Positions 1 through 9,700 of a stretch of DNA of 64,000 bases are shown piece by piece. Location of the stretch: NCBI GenBank assembly GCA_903945435.1, contig CAJAVM010000003.1:1352-65351 (forward strand), given 5' to 3'. The translations under genes and the position numbers were made by a program. Numbering within the stretch: the first letter of the stretch is position 1; every line of letters begins with the position of its first letter. This stretch comes from an uncultured bacterium. GTDB lineage: Bacteria; Patescibacteriota; Patescibacteriia; Patescibacteriales; UBA12465. Under the pieces are notes generated by a model, which was given only the letters and a program-made list of their open reading frames with translations, ran no database searches and was not told the origin of the DNA.

Positions 1-279
1 CCAGAAATTATGCCCGATGAAGCTATTGCCGCCGGGGCATACATTATTTCTACTGGTCGCAGTGATTTTCCTAATCAAGTAAATAATGTGTTAGCATTTC
101 CTGGTATTTTTCGCGGCGCTCTTGATAATAAAGTGAAACAAATTACTGATGAAATGTTAGTTAGAGCGGCTGAAAATTTAGCTGGCTTGGTTGAAGTTCC
201 AAATGTTAATTTAATACTTCCAGATCCTTTTGATAAAAGAGTTTCCGAAACTGTCGCCAAGGCGATTTGTGTGTTATAA
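1..279 (+). CDS. NAD(P)-dependent malic enzyme, C-terminal part (gene starts before the window)
   Basis: Motif TGRSDFPNQVNNVLAFPGIFRGALD is typical of the malic enzyme NAD-binding domain; the frame is open from base 1. Confidence 0.9.
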   Translation, partial: PEIMPDEAIAAGAYIISTGRSDFPNQVNNVLAFPGIFRGALDNKVKQITDEMLVRAAENLAGLVEVPNVNLILPDPFDKRVSETVAKAICVL

Positions 280-310
280 TATATAAATAATTTACTAAAT
301 AATAAAAATT

Positions 311-1180
311 ATGAAAAAAACTATTATTTGGTCTTTGGTAATTATGATGGGAGTATCTTTAACTTTTTCAGGTCCTATTTTTGCTCAAGACGATACAACT
401 ATTGGAACTAGTTCTGATGAACTAAAACCAGTAACAACTTTATATACATCTGATGATGGTTTAAGACCGGAACCAAGATTAATCAGTGAACAGAAGTCAA
501 ATATGGGTGGTTTAGAAAAAATTCTTACCCCTGATCAAATAAAATATTTTGAAAAAATAATAAAGCAAGGGAATGCTTTGTATGGAGTAAAAAAAGGAAC
601 TTCTACTGATAATAAAGGGACTACCACTGTAAGAAATGAAATTAATAAGCTGGAAAAAATTTCTACTCCTCAATTAATTAATTTTTACGAACAAATTAGA
701 AAGATTGGAAATTCGCTTTGGGGAATTAAAAAAGAAGAGCCTAAAAAACCAGAGATGAAAAATGATGACCGTAAATCAACTTCTACTCCGGCTACCTTTG
801 TTAAGCCAGAGCAAGCAGCTTGTGTAATTGCTGCGATTGAAATTAAAGACAGTACTTTACAAGAAAGTAATACATACCAAGCAACTAAAATTAATGAAGC
901 AATTACTACTCGTAGTAATTGTCAAAAGGCTGCTCTTAATTTAAATACTTCCGCAACCGCCTCAACAACTGTAAATGTTGCTGATCAGCAAAGAGAAGCT
1001 CTTAAGGCTTGTGTAAAAACATTCGAAAATACAGTAAAAGTAGTAAGGGAGGCTGCTAAAAAAAGCCATGATACAATTTGGGAAACCTATAAGACTGGCT
1101 TAAAAGCTTGTCATCCATTAACCTCATCCGTTCAACCAATTATGATTGAAGATGGTGGTGGAAGTTTGTTAGCTCAATAA
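311..1180 (+). CDS. Secreted hypothetical protein with two internal ~28-aa repeats and a Cys-containing helical C-terminus
   Basis: Signal peptide (MKKTIIWSLV...IFAQ); repeats LEKILTPDQIKYFEKIIKQGNALYGVKK and LEKISTPQLINFYEQIRKIGNSLWGIKK. Confidence 0.75.
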   Translation: MKKTIIWSLVIMMGVSLTFSGPIFAQDDTTIGTSSDELKPVTTLYTSDDGLRPEPRLISEQKSNMGGLEKILTPDQIKYFEKIIKQGNALYGVKKGTSTDNKGTTTVRNEINKLEKISTPQLINFYEQIRKIGNSLWGIKKEEPKKPEMKNDDRKSTSTPATFVKPEQAACVIAAIEIKDSTLQESNTYQATKINEAITTRSNCQKAALNLNTSATASTTVNVADQQREALKACVKTFENTVKVVREAAKKSHDTIWETYKTGLKACHPLTSSVQPIMIEDGGGSLLAQ

Positions 1181-1199
1181 ATTTAACATCACAAAATAA

Positions 1200-1236
1200 A
1201 AACAGGCCTTTAATTTAGGGGCCTGTTTTGTTTTTG
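1200..1236. terminator. Intrinsic terminator between convergent genes
   Basis: AAACAGGCCTTT/AGGGGCCTGTTT stem with a U-tract; a second hairpin lies at about 1242-1273. Confidence 0.7.
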
Positions 1237-1311
1237 TAAAAAAATACCTCAACTTTTTTAGGGCTGAGGCATTCGTGTTTAAGAGAGAAAGGATTTGTTC
1301 CTTTTAGTAGT

Positions 1312-2412
1312 TTAATTTGTTTTTTTTGGTTTTGGTTTATAGCCGCAAAACCTTCGGCCATTTTTGCTGTAGGCGCAAGCGCGACAGCGTTTCTTGTTTT
1401 GTGTACAGCGTGCGGGACGCTTGAAAGAATTTTCCGAAATAATGATAAGCATTATTGGTAATTCTTTTTCAGCTTCAGCTTTAGTTGGGGATTCTTCTTC
1501 GTGAATGTCAGTTTTTGCATTGGTCGTTGGAATTACTTCTTCAGGGACAACGATGTTTTGATTGGGAACAAATTCCCAGCCCTTTGGAAGTTTAAACTCA
1601 TCCAATATCATACCGTTAGTGCAAGCACTGCGGCAATATTTGAAAGATTTTACTCCAAAGAAGTTTTGGACTTGAATCTTACAAACTGATTCACCTGGAC
1701 GAATCCAGACATTGCGATCTTTACCATCACCAAACTTCATCAGTACATTGATTTTATCTGGTCCGCTAGAACGCCACATTGTTCCTCTTTGGATAGCGAG
1801 AACCTTTGCTCCAGGTTCTGCAAACACATTCTGAATATCAGAAATAATTTCTGATTCTTCAAGATTGTTGAGATTTCTTCCTACCGGCGGGTAAGAATCC
1901 GGGTTATGCTTTTTTGTCCACCATTTACGTCCGCCAACTGTTAGAGGAATCATTGGTAGGATAGCGAGCCACCACAAGTTTTTAGATTGTGATTTTTCGT
2001 TCGAAGAATCAGGAAGTAGATTCAGAGCTGGTTCCTCTTTGGAGGCGTTTTCTTGCTGGCTAACTGGTCTGTGGTAAACAAAATATTCTTCATCTCCGTA
2101 AACTTCACGGTGAACCATTCTCCAAATGCAGTCATGCTTTCCGTTCGCATCAACTCCGCCTACTTCGCGCAGCTCGGTATCATTTTCATCCCAATAGGAT
2201 GGGAAGAGAATAATGTCGCCAACTTGAACTTTGTCTAAATCAGCGAATCTCCCTTCGTTCATCTCCATCACCCTTTTATAGGTGGCGGTGAATTCCTGGT
2301 CGAGATTTTCATAATAATTCCGCTTAGCTTGCCCATCTATAGCGAGGGCTAGAATAAAGAAACATGTCGCTACCATAGCGACAGAAAACCAGAAAAATTT
2401 TTGATTTTTCAT
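1312..2412 (-). CDS. Membrane-anchored hypothetical protein with LysM-like segments and a basic Cys-rich C-terminal tail
   Basis: N-terminal hydrophobic helix, segment MNEGRFADLDKVQVGDIILFP, second TM (LWWLAILPMIPL), own consensus promoter. Confidence 0.65.
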   Translation of the reverse strand: MKNQKFFWFSVAMVATCFFILALAIDGQAKRNYYENLDQEFTATYKRVMEMNEGRFADLDKVQVGDIILFPSYWDENDTELREVGGVDANGKHDCIWRMVHREVYGDEEYFVYHRPVSQQENASKEEPALNLLPDSSNEKSQSKNLWWLAILPMIPLTVGGRKWWTKKHNPDSYPPVGRNLNNLEESEIISDIQNVFAEPGAKVLAIQRGTMWRSSGPDKINVLMKFGDGKDRNVWIRPGESVCKIQVQNFFGVKSFKYCRSACTNGMILDEFKLPKGWEFVPNQNIVVPEEVIPTTNAKTDIHEEESPTKAEAEKELPIMLIIISENSFKRPARCTQNKKRCRACAYSKNGRRFCGYKPKPKKTN

Positions 2413-2509
2413 TGCGATTAATTTTTGTTAAAGTGCTTTGTTTTTTTTGATACGACCCCCGTACCTTAGGATAGAAGCGTGATTTTGATTTCTCATTTTC
2501 TATGCCATT

Positions 2510-2538
2510 ATTATAACATATTTATGATAAAATGTCAA
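2510..2538 (-). promoter_or_regulatory. Perfect sigma70 promoter for gene 1312..2412
   Basis: Minus strand reads TTGACA-N17-TATAAT with an extended TG. Confidence 0.8.
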
Positions 2539-2584
2539 TAAAGAAGGGAAAAGAGACAGTAAAACGGGATATTTTGCAAAGTAA

Positions 2585-2610
2585 AAAGGCTTTCTGGAAA
2601 GAAAGCCTTT
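2585..2610 (-). terminator. Intrinsic terminator of the small ORF 2615..2773
   Basis: AAAGGCTTTC/GAAAGCCTTT perfect stem followed by a U-tract on the minus strand. Confidence 0.7.
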
Positions 2611-2614
2611 ATAT

Positions 2615-2773
2615 CTAAGTGGGTAGCGTGATGTTAGCTAATAAATCTCTAATAATAGTCAAAATTTTGACCAAAATTTGAGTAGCTAAATCCGCTAATT
2701 CGGGAGGGAGAAGCCATTTTAACACAACTATTGTGAGCAGAAGAGCAAAAAAGCTGTTAAATAATCTAAACAT
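2615..2773 (-). CDS. Small 52-aa hydrophobic/amphipathic protein, absent from the ORF track
   Basis: Manual translation MFRLFNSFFALLLTIVVLKWLLPPELADLATQILVKILTIIRDLLANITLPT*; upstream promoter and downstream terminator. Confidence 0.7.
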   Translation of the reverse strand: MFRLFNSFFALLLTIVVLKWLLPPELADLATQILVKILTIIRDLLANITLPT

Positions 2774-2880
2774 ATGTTTAGGTATTAGGGGCAAAGATTT
2801 AGTATCTTATTTACCCCCAGCAAAATTGAGCTGCTGCTGTGGCTATCCTCTTATATATAGAATTGGAATGAACTACTTAA

Positions 2881-2909
2881 ACAATAACATATATTAAATA
2901 TTTAGTCAA
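2881..2909 (-). promoter_or_regulatory. sigma70-like promoter for the small ORF
   Basis: Minus strand reads TTGACT-N17-TATTGT with an extended TG. Confidence 0.55.
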
Positions 2910-3002
2910 TGGGCTTGGGATTTATGTTAAATCTGTTATAATTATGTTAGCATTTTTTAAGTTTATTAAAGCTTGCCGCTTATAAAATCTAAATTTTATA
3001 TT

Positions 3003-5237
3003 ATGTCGTCAAAAACTTATTTACGTATTCTTCAAGGGGGATTAATTTTTTCTTTGTTTTTTGTACTCTTTGTTTTTACTGATTTGCTTTTTCCTTACAT
3101 CAGTTCTAAACAACTTTCCTTTAATATTTTAATGGAATTGTTGCTAGCTATTTGGCTAGTCTTTATCTGGCGCTATCCTAGTTATAGGCCTAAATTAAAT
3201 TTGATGATAGCTGGCCTAGTTGCTTATTTTGCTGTTATTTTAGTTTCTTGTTTTACTGGTGTTGATTTTAATTTAAGTTTTTGGGGAGACGTCGAAAGAA
3301 TGCTAGGTTTTTTTCACATTTTTCATTTCCTTATTTTCTTCTTTATTCTAATAACTGTTTTTAGAATGTGGACGGAATGGATGATGTTGTTTATTGCTTC
3401 CATTACTGCTGCGGTTGTAGTTAGTTTAATTGGTTTATTTGGTGCAAATGGATATAGTACTATTGGAAATACGGCATATGTGAGCGGCTATTTAATCTTT
3501 AACATTTTCTTCGCGGCAATTCTATTCTTTCGTGCTCGTTCAAGCTGGCGCTATCTTTATGTTATTCCAACCTTAATAATGCTTTTTCAGTTTAAGGGCA
3601 TGCATACTTCGGGTGCAATTATTGGATTGGGGGCGAGTATATTTTTAGCTATTTTGTTAATTGGTATTCTTCATAGTAATAAAAAAATAAAATACAGCTT
3701 ATTATCTGTTTCAGCTTTAATGATTATTACGGTAGCCGTTATTTTTTCTCAACAACAATCAGCTTGGTTTCAAAATAGTTTTCTTAAAAATTTAACTTCA
3801 CAAAAAGTTACTTTTCAGACTAGATTATTATCTTGGCAGGGGGCAGCTCTTGATTTCAAATACCATCCTTGGCTAGGAACGGGTTTTGGTAATTATGCCA
3901 TTATTTTTGATCGTCAGTTTAATCCTATCTTCTTTAACTATGATAAAGTAGAAACTTATTTTGATAGAGCTCACAATAACTTAATTGATATCGTATCAAC
4001 TACTGGAGTTATTGGACTTATGGCTTATTTAAGTATCTTTATTTTTGTTTTGTATTATCTGTGGCTTGAACTAAAAAAGAATGGTTATAAGATTAACGGA
4101 GAACAAAATGGTTGCCGAAATTTGGAGATAGTTTTAGTTATCGCTTTAATGGCCGCTTATTTTATTCAAAATCTGGCCGTCTTTGACTCCTTTGTTACTT
4201 ATATTGGATTAATGATGATGCTCGGGTTTATCTACTGGTTGCCGAAAGAAGATGCTTTCAAGAGTGAAGAGGAGACTATTAATACTGCCTGGCTTAAAGA
4301 TAGTGAAAGAGAATGGTTTGCGCTTATTATTATTTTCCTGATCGCTTTATTTATAGTATCTAAATATAACATGAAGCCATACCGGATGCTTCAGGGGGTT
4401 ATTAAGGGTTATTCTAGTATTATGGTCGGAAGGTCGGAGGAAGGTTTCAATATTTTTAGAACGAGTTTAACCGATACTCCTTTAGATAGAGACGGTCGTG
4501 GAACATTAATAAATTTAGTTGCCAGTAATCCAGAGGCCTTAACTTCCTTGTCTGTTGAAAGTATGAAGCTAGATTATGAATATCTCGTTTCTTTAGTTGT
4601 TAAGAATCTTCAGTATAATGAACAGGATAGTTTATTTCAATTACAAGCGGCTCAAATTTATGACTTAGGTGCACGTATCTTTTTTAAAGATGACGCCCAA
4701 AGAACTTATTACTCGGAATTATCTTTAGCGGCCGCCGAGAAAGCAATTGCCGCTAGTCCTGGAAGAATACCTGGCTATTTTGTTAAGGCTCAATCATATT
4801 TAATGCAAAATAAAGTTCAAGAAGCAATTGAAACTTTAAAATACGCAGCTAGTCTTAATCCTGATTACCCACAATCATATTGTCGCTTAGCGCAAGTATA
4901 TATGTTATCTGAAGCTGTTGATGAGGTTAAAGAATCTCTGGAGAAATGTGTAGACGGAGGGGCTGTTAGTCAGCTTGGCTCTGCTAATTCATTAATCATG
5001 GCGGCAACTTACTTGGCGGAAACAGAGGATTATCCAAGAGCAATTATTGTAGTTGAACAATTAACTGAGGTTTATGGTGATAAGGCGGAGGTGTGGCTTA
5101 ATTTAGCCAAACTTTATGTTGTAGTTGGTGATGCTGATAAGGCTAAGGTAGCTGCAGATAAGGCAGTCGAACTCGACTCAACTTTGAAAGGCCAGGCGGA
5201 TGCGATTTTAGAGCAATTAACCATTGACAATAAGTAA
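3003..5237 (+). CDS. O-antigen ligase (Wzy_C) family membrane protein with C-terminal TPR repeats
   Basis: Many TM helices, PWLGTGFGNY...DRAHN motif, TPR-like helices; likely ATG at 3003 rather than TTG at 2973. Confidence 0.85.
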   Translation: MSSKTYLRILQGGLIFSLFFVLFVFTDLLFPYISSKQLSFNILMELLLAIWLVFIWRYPSYRPKLNLMIAGLVAYFAVILVSCFTGVDFNLSFWGDVERMLGFFHIFHFLIFFFILITVFRMWTEWMMLFIASITAAVVVSLIGLFGANGYSTIGNTAYVSGYLIFNIFFAAILFFRARSSWRYLYVIPTLIMLFQFKGMHTSGAIIGLGASIFLAILLIGILHSNKKIKYSLLSVSALMIITVAVIFSQQQSAWFQNSFLKNLTSQKVTFQTRLLSWQGAALDFKYHPWLGTGFGNYAIIFDRQFNPIFFNYDKVETYFDRAHNNLIDIVSTTGVIGLMAYLSIFIFVLYYLWLELKKNGYKINGEQNGCRNLEIVLVIALMAAYFIQNLAVFDSFVTYIGLMMMLGFIYWLPKEDAFKSEEETINTAWLKDSEREWFALIIIFLIALFIVSKYNMKPYRMLQGVIKGYSSIMVGRSEEGFNIFRTSLTDTPLDRDGRGTLINLVASNPEALTSLSVESMKLDYEYLVSLVVKNLQYNEQDSLFQLQAAQIYDLGARIFFKDDAQRTYYSELSLAAAEKAIAASPGRIPGYFVKAQSYLMQNKVQEAIETLKYAASLNPDYPQSYCRLAQVYMLSEAVDEVKESLEKCVDGGAVSQLGSANSLIMAATYLAETEDYPRAIIVVEQLTEVYGDKAEVWLNLAKLYVVVGDADKAKVAADKAVELDSTLKGQADAILEQLTIDNK

Positions 5238-5284
5238 AAATTTTGATAGACTATCTGCATTGTTCATTCTAAAAAATGTAGGAA

Positions 5285-5644
5285 ATGTTTAAAAAAAAGG
5301 TTTTTACACAAGACATTGAGGAGCGCAAAAAGTTGCTCACAGGAAGATTAGGTTTTATTACCGAAGAGTTAAAGAGTAATGAAAAAAGTCGTTATTTTAG
5401 GTGCCGCGGTTATCTGCGAGAAATTAGCTTACAATATGATATAAAGCAGTTTCTTTTCAAGCCCGACGAATTCATTATTGATAAACATGGTATTTTATCA
5501 ATATGTATTGGAGTCGCTAAAGCGCCAACTACCTTTGACGGTAATGTACTATGGATCTTTTCTGAGGGTGATTCTGAAATTTCTTTCATTTCGGAATATG
5601 TTCCCGAATTGATACAAAAAAATTATGAGGCTTTAGCTTCGTAA
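5285..5644 (+). CDS. Hypothetical protein
   Basis: 119-aa ORF followed by a terminator hairpin at about 5672-5706. Confidence 0.55.
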   Translation: MFKKKVFTQDIEERKKLLTGRLGFITEELKSNEKSRYFRCRGYLREISLQYDIKQFLFKPDEFIIDKHGILSICIGVAKAPTTFDGNVLWIFSEGDSEISFISEYVPELIQKNYEALAS

Positions 5645-5802
5645 ATTACTCCAAACAATGCAAATTGTAAAAAAAGGGTTTATCTTCACAGATGGACCCT
5701 TTTTTATTTTTCTTAATAAAAACTTTAAGTTTCTATCAGGTAGTTTTTGTTATAGTCGTTAGACCGATATAGGTCGGTTTTATAAACTAATTTATAACGA
5801 TT

Positions 5803-6699
5803 ATGATTAAAATCATGCTGGTAGTAAAAAAAATATTTTCTACTTTTAAACGTAAGGCTCGTCGTTTAATTACTAGATTATTAAGATTCAGACATTTATC
5901 AAGGAAGTACAAAATTTTGCTATTTTTATCTTTAGTATTTATTTTATTGATTCTTTATTTATCCTCTGAGATGTTATTGCTTAGTTCTGCGCGTTTAAAT
6001 TTAGCTAAATTAAAAAGAGCTATTTCTTCGCCTGGGCCATGTCATGAGGATTGTTTGCAGGCTCGCGAATTAGCTGAATTAAAAATTTCTCTTTCATTGA
6101 AAGAAGATAATGGACTAAAAAATGATATTAAAAAATATTTATTAGATAAGGATTTAAATAATACTTCTTTCGCATTTCAACAAGAACTTCTTAAAATAAT
6201 TAAGATGGCATATGGGGTTAATAATCCTCCCGATTTTTTATTTGATTATTTAACAGATAGTACTGGTAATCCGCAAATAAAAGCGGAAATTGTTCGTTTA
6301 TTTCTATCGGAAATATCAGAACCCTCATTAGTCGAATATTATTTTGCTATTTTAAATAGCGAAGAAGACCAAATTGTAAAAGAAGAAGTAATTAGAGCTT
6401 TGAGCTCTGTGCAAAATAAGGCTGATGTTTTTAAGATAGCAGAAATTAGAATATTGAAGGAGTTAATTTTATCAGATAATAATTCTCTGGATTTAAAATC
6501 TGGTGCGTTGTTTTTGTTGAGTGATTATTTTTTGATATTTTCCGAAGATACTAGAATAGCATTAATAGAAATTTATGAATCTTCACCAGAGCTTATGCTT
6601 AAGGCAATTACGGCCGATATATTAAACAATTTTGGTTATAGCGAATTTGTTATACCAGAAATTTCTGATGTGCAGTGGTCTAAATATTTAAATAACTAA
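5803..6699 (+). CDS. Membrane-anchored helical (HEAT-repeat-like) hypothetical protein
   Basis: Basic N-terminus, one TM helix, repeating helical pattern (VKEEVIRALS, LKAITADIL). Confidence 0.6.
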   Translation: MIKIMLVVKKIFSTFKRKARRLITRLLRFRHLSRKYKILLFLSLVFILLILYLSSEMLLLSSARLNLAKLKRAISSPGPCHEDCLQARELAELKISLSLKEDNGLKNDIKKYLLDKDLNNTSFAFQQELLKIIKMAYGVNNPPDFLFDYLTDSTGNPQIKAEIVRLFLSEISEPSLVEYYFAILNSEEDQIVKEEVIRALSSVQNKADVFKIAEIRILKELILSDNNSLDLKSGALFLLSDYFLIFSEDTRIALIEIYESSPELMLKAITADILNNFGYSEFVIPEISDVQWSKYLNN

Positions 6700-6712
6700 T
6701 TGATAAATCTAT

Positions 6713-9700
6713 ATGGTAATAAAAAAATATTTTTTAATTCCTATTATATTATGGCTCGTAGTATGTTTTTTCCCACAAAATGCCTTAGCTCTTACTCCGG
6801 GAGCATTGGTGTATAGAACATCTAGTGAGGGAAGGATGTACGGTTATAGTGGCGATAATTTATTAGAAATTGATAATAAGGGAATTTTGAAACACATTTA
6901 TCCCGGACATGTTGGTATTTATATTGGTCAAGAAAATGGTGAGGATTATATTGTCGAAGCATTAGCTGGTGGAATAGTAAAAACCCCAGCAAAATATTTT
7001 GTAAATGAAGCTTTGGGAGAAAAATTATTAGGTGCAAAGTTGCCTAAGAATGCTAATAATATAGAAATAGCTAAAGCAATTAAAATTGCTAAGAGCTTAG
7101 TTGGTACAAAGCTAGGTTATGATTTTGATTTTAAAAAACAAAAAGGTCCAGATGACGGTGACTGGACTTGCGTTGGTCTTACTGAAAAAATATATGAGAG
7201 TGCTGGTATTTCTAATCCTAATAATTTAGGTGCTTTAGAATATAATTCAGATTACTACGCTGTTGATATTACCCCTGACGGGTTTGATAATACAAGTTTG
7301 GCAAATAGCGACGGTGATTGTTTTTCCAAAACTCTTGAATTTTCTAAAATAGAGCGTCGAACTGATTTACAATTACCGCTCCCAGAAATAGTCGGTTTTA
7401 ATGCTGGGGTTGAATATCAAGGAGATAGATATATTTTTTTACCTTATACTCAGTTCCTCCAATCAACTTTAAAAAGTGAAAAAACTGATATTGTTTTGGG
7501 GTCTAATTTTAATGATAAAGATGTTAGAGGTAAGACTCCCGTTGCTAGTTTGATATTGCGCTGGAGTCTGATTAATAATCCTATTTCTTCTCTTAAGACT
7601 ATTGCCCAAGCAACAATTGCACCACTGATTAGCCTTAAGGATAAAATATTTGGTATAAAAAAGGGAACTGAAGTTGTTTTAGAAAATAATATTATTAAAG
7701 ATGAATCTCAATTCATAGAATCTGAAAAAGATATTGCAGTAGACCAGCCGCGTTTACCAAAAATTGAAATTAATCAAACGGATATTACCACTCAGGACGA
7801 TCCCGCAATAAAAGCTTTAGCGGCTGTAGCTGAAGAGGATGTGAAAGATGAGGAAAGGGGAGTTACAATGGACTCTGAATCGGCCGTAATAATAGCTTCT
7901 GCTTCAACTGTAAAATCCTCAGTTATGCCCTCACTAGTCAATAATAAAAATAATACTCCTACAAAAACAGCTATAGCGATAAATAATAATGTAAATAATA
8001 CTAATACTAATCAAACTAGCTCTGCCGTAAAAGCGTCTGTATCAAAATTAGTTTCTTCTGTTAGTTCTCCAGCGGTCGCTAATTTAACTAAATCAGTTCC
8101 ACAATTAATAGCTGCTACTTCTAAAATTAGTGCTGGAGTAAAGCCTGCCGGGAATCAAAGTGTCGCAACCACTACAAGTCAGTCAGCAAATAGTTCTTCT
8201 TTTAATACTCCACTTGCAGTTATTAATAAAATTTATAGTACGGAAAACAATGATTTTATTGAATTATATAATCCAACTAATTATGACTTTGATTTAGCGG
8301 AAGCAGGCTTTCGTTTGGAAAAAGCTAAAACTGCTGTTGACCCTAGTTTAGTAATGAGAATTGGTAATGTAAGCGATGGCATATATCCTGGAGGGACCAT
8401 TATTAAAGCTAGGGGCTATTATCTAATCGTAAGGGATGATGCTAATAGTTATTATAAAAATAAAGCCGACGCAATTGCAATTCGGAATGATTTTAGCTGG
8501 ACTGATTCTGGTTATATAATTTATTTAGGTAAGGGAGCTCTTAGCTCTAGCTCTGATGAAGATATTATAGATGCTGTTGGGTTTGGCGAATCAACTTATT
8601 TCCAAGGAGCGGGGTCAGCGCCGAAAATAGAAGATAATTATATTTTAGATAGAATAAAATCATCTGGAAATAATTCTACCGATTTTAATTTAATTGTTTC
8701 TGATGATCCAGGAATAGTTTGGGATGAAAGTGTTACGAATGAAAATAATACAAACACAAATTCAAATGGCAATACAAATAATAATACTCAAGCGAATGAT
8801 AATGAGGCGGATAGTCAGTCAGCTAATCCCGACTTATTTGTTGCACCTACTCCAATAAATTCATCAGGAATATCTGATTTATGGCATTTTGATGAGTGTT
8901 ATGGGGTATATAATTATGCTGTTGGCCGTTTTGGCTGTTCGATTGATGTTGGTTATATTAATCCTAATTTTAGTAAACAACTTAGTTCAAATATAGATTT
9001 AAATAAATTTTCCGTTAGTTTTTATTATCGTAGCCCAAAATTAAATTATGCTTTGTCTAGATTAACTTTGAAATTAAGAAATGATAGCGGACAAGAATTA
9101 AAAATTATGTTAGATGAGGCCATGCTAGAGGTTGAGGGGCTACCTAATTCTGTTTCTCGTTATTACGATGCCAATATATATCCTGATAATTTATGGCATC
9201 AATTTACACTTGTAATTGATCAGGGTGCTGGTTATTGGGCTATATATTTTGATGGTCAGGAAAAATATAAAAATAATTTTATTCAAACATTGGCTAATAA
9301 TTTTTCTAGTTTAGAGATTAGTGGCGATGTTGGCCCAGCCTCATTAGATGAACTAGTGTTTTGGAATCGGTCACTCTCAAAATCAGAAATTATAACTAAT
9401 TTTCAATCACTGGCTCCTTTTGCACCGGTCTTTGCAAGGGAATCTCAAAAAATAGCTGAGTTAAAATATTTTTGGAATTTTAATGAAGGGCACGAATTAG
9501 TTAATGAAGGCGGCGGATTAAAAGCAGTTGATAAATTACAAGGAGTAAATTTAATTCTTCCAGAAAATTCTTGGGTTTGGCGTGGCTTAGCTAATACTGC
9601 TATTTCAAATAGGTGGGATAATAAAATAGGCGTTGATTTACCAACACCTTTAGATTCTAAGGATTTATCTTTATCTTTTTGGTGGCGTAGTAAATTGCCG

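Noticed and set aside
1312-1470. Frameshift at the 3' end of gene 1312..2412
   Set aside because: Alternative frames are partly open but not clearly more protein-like; the annotated tail has a coherent four-Cys pattern
7920-8810. AAT/ACA-rich low-complexity tracts as a repeat array or CRISPR
   Set aside because: They are in-frame Asn/Thr/Ser linkers of the large secreted protein; no repeat-spacer periodicity was seen here or elsewhere in the window, and no cas genes
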